A stretch of DNA of 64,000 bases from Bacteroidota bacterium. GTDB lineage: Bacteria > Bacteroidota > Bacteroidia > Chitinophagales > BACL12. The notes under the pieces are model-generated. The model searched no databases and was not told the origin of the DNA. It saw only the letters and a program-made list of their open reading frames with translations. The position numbers and the translations under genes are program-made. Below, one piece after another: positions 60,404 to 64,000 of the stretch. Location of the stretch: NCBI GenBank assembly GCA_016706255.1, contig JADJJZ010000029.1, positions 554,675 through 618,674 of the forward strand, written 5' to 3'. Numbering within the stretch: the first letter of the stretch is position 1; each line of letters starts with the position of its first letter.

Positions 60404-61318
60404 TTGAAACATCATGTTAGTCAGATATTGAACAGATACAGTCGGATGGCCGGTATTTTCTTATTATTACATAAAGAAGCGTCTTCTACTGTTGTGGTTA
60501 CTGATGTGGATCCGGATACAGTAATTAATTTGGATGGTGAATTCTACTTACTGGATATGGATAATAATTTGATTAATGATTTTATTATATTTAAGGACTC
60601 CGGTGTATATTACTATGAAGATTATTCTTCAACTAGCGTTAGATTTCGTGAATTTATTGGCGCAGGGCCTCAGGCGACCATTCAAAATAAGTTACTTGGT
60701 GGTCATTATTATAACTCTTGGAATGGTGCGGAATATTATCAACCATATGATTTATCTGCAGGTGAGTTAATTAGCCCTGAAGGGCAATTTTATAATGCAG
60801 AAGTTCAAGTAATTTGTGCAGGACATTTTATAAATTTTTACAGTGCACCCGCATTTGACTTTGGGCCCGGATATTGGAAGGATTTTGATTTTGAAGGCGT
60901 GGATGACAGATACTTAGGTGTATCATTTGTTGATGAAGATAACAATAGATATTACGGCTGGGTTCGATGTTCCACAGCGGACTCAATGAAGGCGATTACA
61001 ATTCATGAATATGCTTTTGAAAATGAACCTAATAAACCTATTTTAGCTGGCGATACAATTAGTTATGTAGATATTAATACCCTACCAAATACCGAAGCTA
61101 TCAGCATTTATAGTTTTGAAAATCAAATTCATATTCAATTGATGAATAATCAAGATGCAACGGTAAATATTTACGATATTAAAGGTAATAAAATATTTTT
61201 CGAACAAATTAACAGAAATTCTGAAATAATCAATATGGATAATTTTGCTGCAGGAATTTATGTGGTATCGGTTAAACAAGGGGAAAATGTGGTTACGAAA
61301 AAAGTGATTGTGGAGTGA
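60404..61318 (+). CDS. family-2 paralog N (intact; TTG start)
   Basis: 304 aa. VVVTDVDPDTVINLDGEFYLLDMDNNLINDF, YYGWVRCSTADSMKAITIHEYAFENEPNKPI, and CTD end FAAGIYVVSVKQGENVVTKKVIVE. The start codon is TTG, where M has ATG. Confidence 0.7.
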   Translation: MKHHVSQILNRYSRMAGIFLLLHKEASSTVVVTDVDPDTVINLDGEFYLLDMDNNLINDFIIFKDSGVYYYEDYSSTSVRFREFIGAGPQATIQNKLLGGHYYNSWNGAEYYQPYDLSAGELISPEGQFYNAEVQVICAGHFINFYSAPAFDFGPGYWKDFDFEGVDDRYLGVSFVDEDNNRYYGWVRCSTADSMKAITIHEYAFENEPNKPILAGDTISYVDINTLPNTEAISIYSFENQIHIQLMNNQDATVNIYDIKGNKIFFEQINRNSEIINMDNFAAGIYVVSVKQGENVVTKKVIVE

Positions 61319-61407
61319 AATTAAGTGAAATAATAATACCTTCAACAAAAGAACAAACAGACAACTAACCCTTGAATCACAAAAAAAACATATTATGGTA
61401 TTCTGCA

Positions 61408-61521
61408 ATGGCTGTATCGTATTTGTTGGTGCATAGTGACGTGAAAGCAGATGCAATATATGTTGATATTGAACCGGATATTACGTTGGATAATGGCGGA
61501 GAATCTACTGTAATATGTTAG
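61408..61521 (+). pseudogene. family-2 N-terminal fragment
   Basis: A 37-codon ORF, MAVSYLLVHSDVKADAIYVDIEPDITLDNGGESTVIC*, retains the AxYVDI(D/E)PD motif and then stops. Confidence 0.5.
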
Positions 61522-61563
61522 ATAATACTTCTTATGTTAATAAGTTTTAAATTCAACAATAGA

Positions 61564-63027
61564 ATGATAAAAAAGTTTGTTTCAATATATATAGCAACGC
61601 TTTTGAGCTGCAGTGCTTTTACCCAATCTTACGATAACAACTGGGTATTTGGAGATAGCGCTGGTTTAAATTTTTCAGGCGGTGAGCCGAGTTTTTTTTA
61701 TACAGGTATTAATTCACATGAATCATGTGCCTCAATCTCAGATAGTAATGGTAATTTATTATTCTATACAAATGGAGAGAAAATATGGAATAGAAATAAT
61801 GCTGTTATGCCCAATGGTGATAGCATTCACATCGGATTATTAGTGCCAGGCTATTACCCTTCAAGCATAACTCAAGGGGTTCTTATTTTACCTATTCCTG
61901 AAAGCGATAGTGAATATTATCTTTTTCAAATTCAGGGAGATAGTGAAAATCAAGGAATTGAATATTCAATCGTGGATATGGAATTAGATGGAGGATTAGG
62001 GGATGTAACGCATAAGAATCTAGATCTAAACACAGATACTATTTGTGAAAAAATGCAAGCTGTGAAACATGCAAACGGTCGCGATTGGTGGTTACTCACT
62101 TGTAAAAGTGCTAATGATTCTACGATTAGTTTTATAAAATACCTTATAACACCAAATGCAATCATTGGACCTTATTTACAAAGTTTTACTGATCTCACAA
62201 ATTTAGGCACTAATAGTTCTTTTTCAGCTGGACAAATGAAGTTCTCAAGAAATGGCGCTTTGTTGGCATTCACTCGATCTTACTATATTGAAATTTGGGA
62301 TTTTGATAGGTGCACCGGCGAATTATCAAGTCAACAAACTATTCACAATAATGTGGGTTCTTACGGTTGTGAATTTTCATCTGATAGTCGACGATTATTT
62401 ATTACCAAGACTTCTACAACATCCTATAATGGGTGGCTATATCAATACTGTCTCGATTGCGCTTTACCGATTGAAGAAACTGAAGTAATTATTTATGAAT
62501 GCGAATATGACTACTATTCGCTTGGATCACTTCAAATTGGGCCCGATGACAAAATTTATGCATCCATCGCTCATTTAAATTATAAAGACCATGTCTACTC
62601 AGTTGTGAATAATAATTTATGTATAATAAATAATCCGAATGAAGGAGGTTTAGCCTGTGACTTTGATACGCTTGTAATTTCTTTAGAGGATACTAGAGTT
62701 ACATTTGGTTTACCCAACATGCCCAATTACAAGCTCGGCGCATTAGAAGGCAGTCCTTGTGATACATTATTGTCAATCACCAACTCTAATTCGATTAATA
62801 TTGGAATACAAATTTATCCAAATCCAACAAGTGAAACAATAAAAATTGTATTGTCGCAAGCTGTTAAAATAATTTCAATAAAAACTTTTAATTATCTTGG
62901 TGAAGAGATAGCAATTTCATTTGATGAAAATTTAAATGCCCTAGTAAAAAATATTGCTAATGGTTTTTACATCACTGAAATATTAACAGAGAAGGGCAAG
63001 TTGAGCTTAAGTTGGGAAAAATTGTAA
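61564..63027 (+). CDS. hypothetical T9SS C-terminal-domain secreted protein
   Basis: Start at MIKKFVSIYIATLLSCSAFTQ. The motif NNWVFGDSAGLNFSGGEP is, from my recollection, common in Bacteroidetes secreted proteins. CTD (IQIYPNPTSETIKIVL...GFYITEILTEKGKLSLSWEKL). Confidence 0.65.
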   Translation: MIKKFVSIYIATLLSCSAFTQSYDNNWVFGDSAGLNFSGGEPSFFYTGINSHESCASISDSNGNLLFYTNGEKIWNRNNAVMPNGDSIHIGLLVPGYYPSSITQGVLILPIPESDSEYYLFQIQGDSENQGIEYSIVDMELDGGLGDVTHKNLDLNTDTICEKMQAVKHANGRDWWLLTCKSANDSTISFIKYLITPNAIIGPYLQSFTDLTNLGTNSSFSAGQMKFSRNGALLAFTRSYYIEIWDFDRCTGELSSQQTIHNNVGSYGCEFSSDSRRLFITKTSTTSYNGWLYQYCLDCALPIEETEVIIYECEYDYYSLGSLQIGPDDKIYASIAHLNYKDHVYSVVNNNLCIINNPNEGGLACDFDTLVISLEDTRVTFGLPNMPNYKLGALEGSPCDTLLSITNSNSINIGIQIYPNPTSETIKIVLSQAVKIISIKTFNYLGEEIAISFDENLNALVKNIANGFYITEILTEKGKLSLSWEKL

Positions 63028-63052
63028 CTTAAAAAAAATCAACTTAAACAAA

Positions 63053-63208
63053 ATGAAACAATTTTTAAGTTACTCAAAAATGATGTTTAACAATCAAATT
63101 ATTTTGCCGCAAATAAATAGCGGAGTATATCAAATAGTAATTAAGAACGAGGATGCAATTATTAAATCGGAGAAATTTGTTATTGTGCATTCAGGTAGCC
63201 TATATTAA
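63053..63208 (+). pseudogene. orphan mini-ORF resembling only the last strands of a T9SS CTD
   Basis: MKQFLSYSKMMFNNQIILPQINSGVYQIVIKNEDAIIKSEKFVIVHSGSLY*. The pattern GVYxxxIxxxxxxxxxKFVI is the CTD terminus, with no passenger domain. Confidence 0.4.
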
Positions 63209-63482
63209 ATTCTACTATAATTTCTTTATATAGCTAAACAAAAAAAACTGCCTAGGGGTTCAGTGATCTTTAAGTGATTCAAACCTATCTGCTACACGGT
63301 ATGCAGTGCCATACCTTCCCGTCGATAGCGGGATGCGCTATTCAACTATTTCTCCTTACTATTTTAACATAAAAAAACAGATGTAACATTCACTCACCAA
63401 TTTCTTTCAAATAAATTGTGTATTATTTTAGAAAACAGACTTCGTCTAATCTCCTCAAATAACTACAATTTTACAAGCCTTT

Positions 63483-64000
63483 TTATTGAACAACCAATTT
63501 TGATTTAGCTTCAAAATTATTTCCGTTCAAATGAATTATGTATACCCCTTGCATTAATTTATCCGTTTTCAATGTTGCATTTAATTCACCCGTTTCTGTA
63601 ATCACAATATTTTCTATATAAATAGTTTCTCCAAAAAGATTAACAATACCTAATGCGTAGATACCGGGTTCTAATCCCGCAGCGGAAATGGTGACATTTC
63701 CATGTGTTGGATTTGGATATACGTAAAATTCAGACTCTGATATTCCGCTTTTCAAAGGTAGCGTTGTAAAAGTGTTTATGGGACTATAAGCACTGGAGTA
63801 TATGCCGCAAACAGTTTGAACTGCATATTCATAGGTGGTATTCGGCAGCAGGCTCTTTAGTTTTAAAGAGGTAGTAAAACATAATTTGGTTTTCCAGGCG
63901 GCAGTTCCAAGTTTACGATATTTAACACGATAACTCGATGCACCGGCAACTGCATTCCAAATAATCTTAGCACCGCTATTTGTAATATTGGTTGCATTTA
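63483..64000 (-). CDS. T9SS CTD protein with fibronectin type III-like domain; N-terminus lies beyond the right window edge
   Basis: The frame of ORF 63483..63755 stays open to nt 64000. It reads ...IWNAVAGASSYRVKYRKLGTAAWKTKLCFTTSLKLKSLLPNTTYEYAVQTVC (FN3-like), then the CTD (FYVYPNPTHGNVTIS...GVYIIHLNGNNFEAKSKLVVQ). Confidence 0.7.
   Translation of the reverse strand, partial: NATNITNSGAKIIWNAVAGASSYRVKYRKLGTAAWKTKLCFTTSLKLKSLLPNTTYEYAVQTVCGIYSSAYSPINTFTTLPLKSGISESEFYVYPNPTHGNVTISAAGLEPGIYALGIVNLFGETIYIENIVITETGELNATLKTDKLMQGVYIIHLNGNNFEAKSKLVVQ

Noticed and set aside
63240-63360. Possible structured RNA: GGTATG-CAGTGC-CATACC hairpin, TAGCG/CGCTA pairing, and a T8 run on the minus strand downstream of the FN3/CTD gene.
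   Set aside because: I could not match it to any RNA family I know (tRNA, tmRNA, SRP, RNase P, 6S or common riboswitches), nor build a convincing overall fold. It may simply be a terminator region. An Infernal/Rfam scan would settle this.

Overview
Low-GC window that looks Bacteroidetes-like: many ORFs end in T9SS type-A C-terminal sorting domains (FPNP/YPNP...K-x-x-K-acid), and TAnnTTTG-like promoter boxes are present. All calls rest on reading the supplied translations and the nucleotides; no searches were run. Positions 1-33000 are ordinary chromosome. They carry housekeeping genes (dapD, CCA-adding enzyme, miaA, Hsp20, peroxiredoxin, NUDIX, SDR, M61 peptidase, DASS transporter, MIP channel, ABC substrate-binding protein). 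They also carry envelope and secreted proteins (two OmpA-family proteins, a TonB-dependent receptor, several T9SS cargo proteins including a 1321-aa CotH/LTD protein). Positions 33000-63200 are an accessory region made almost entirely of two paralogous T9SS-cargo gene families plus modular intergenic repeats. Family 1 (34.3-55.9 kb) has eight full-length copies plus one 3' remnant. Each copy has a signal peptide, about 7-8 propeller-like repeats of ~52 aa, 1-4 Cys-rich MopE-like modules and a CTD. Seven of the eight copies carry exactly one 1-nt indel in a short homopolymer, each at a different site; only copy D is intact. The copies are clearly mosaic: copy C is H-like at its 5' end and nearly identical to D at its 3' end. 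Family 2 (55.9-61.5 kb) has five copies plus a fragment, two of them degraded. Intergenic DNA in this region is a patchwork of long-hairpin GTAGGGACG...CGTCCCTAC elements and conserved 5' and 3' flanking modules. The leading hypothesis is a recombining, largely silent cassette array of surface or secreted proteins. The competing explanation is consensus error in collapsed repeats. No recombinase, reverse transcriptase, CRISPR array, rRNA or tRNA was seen.
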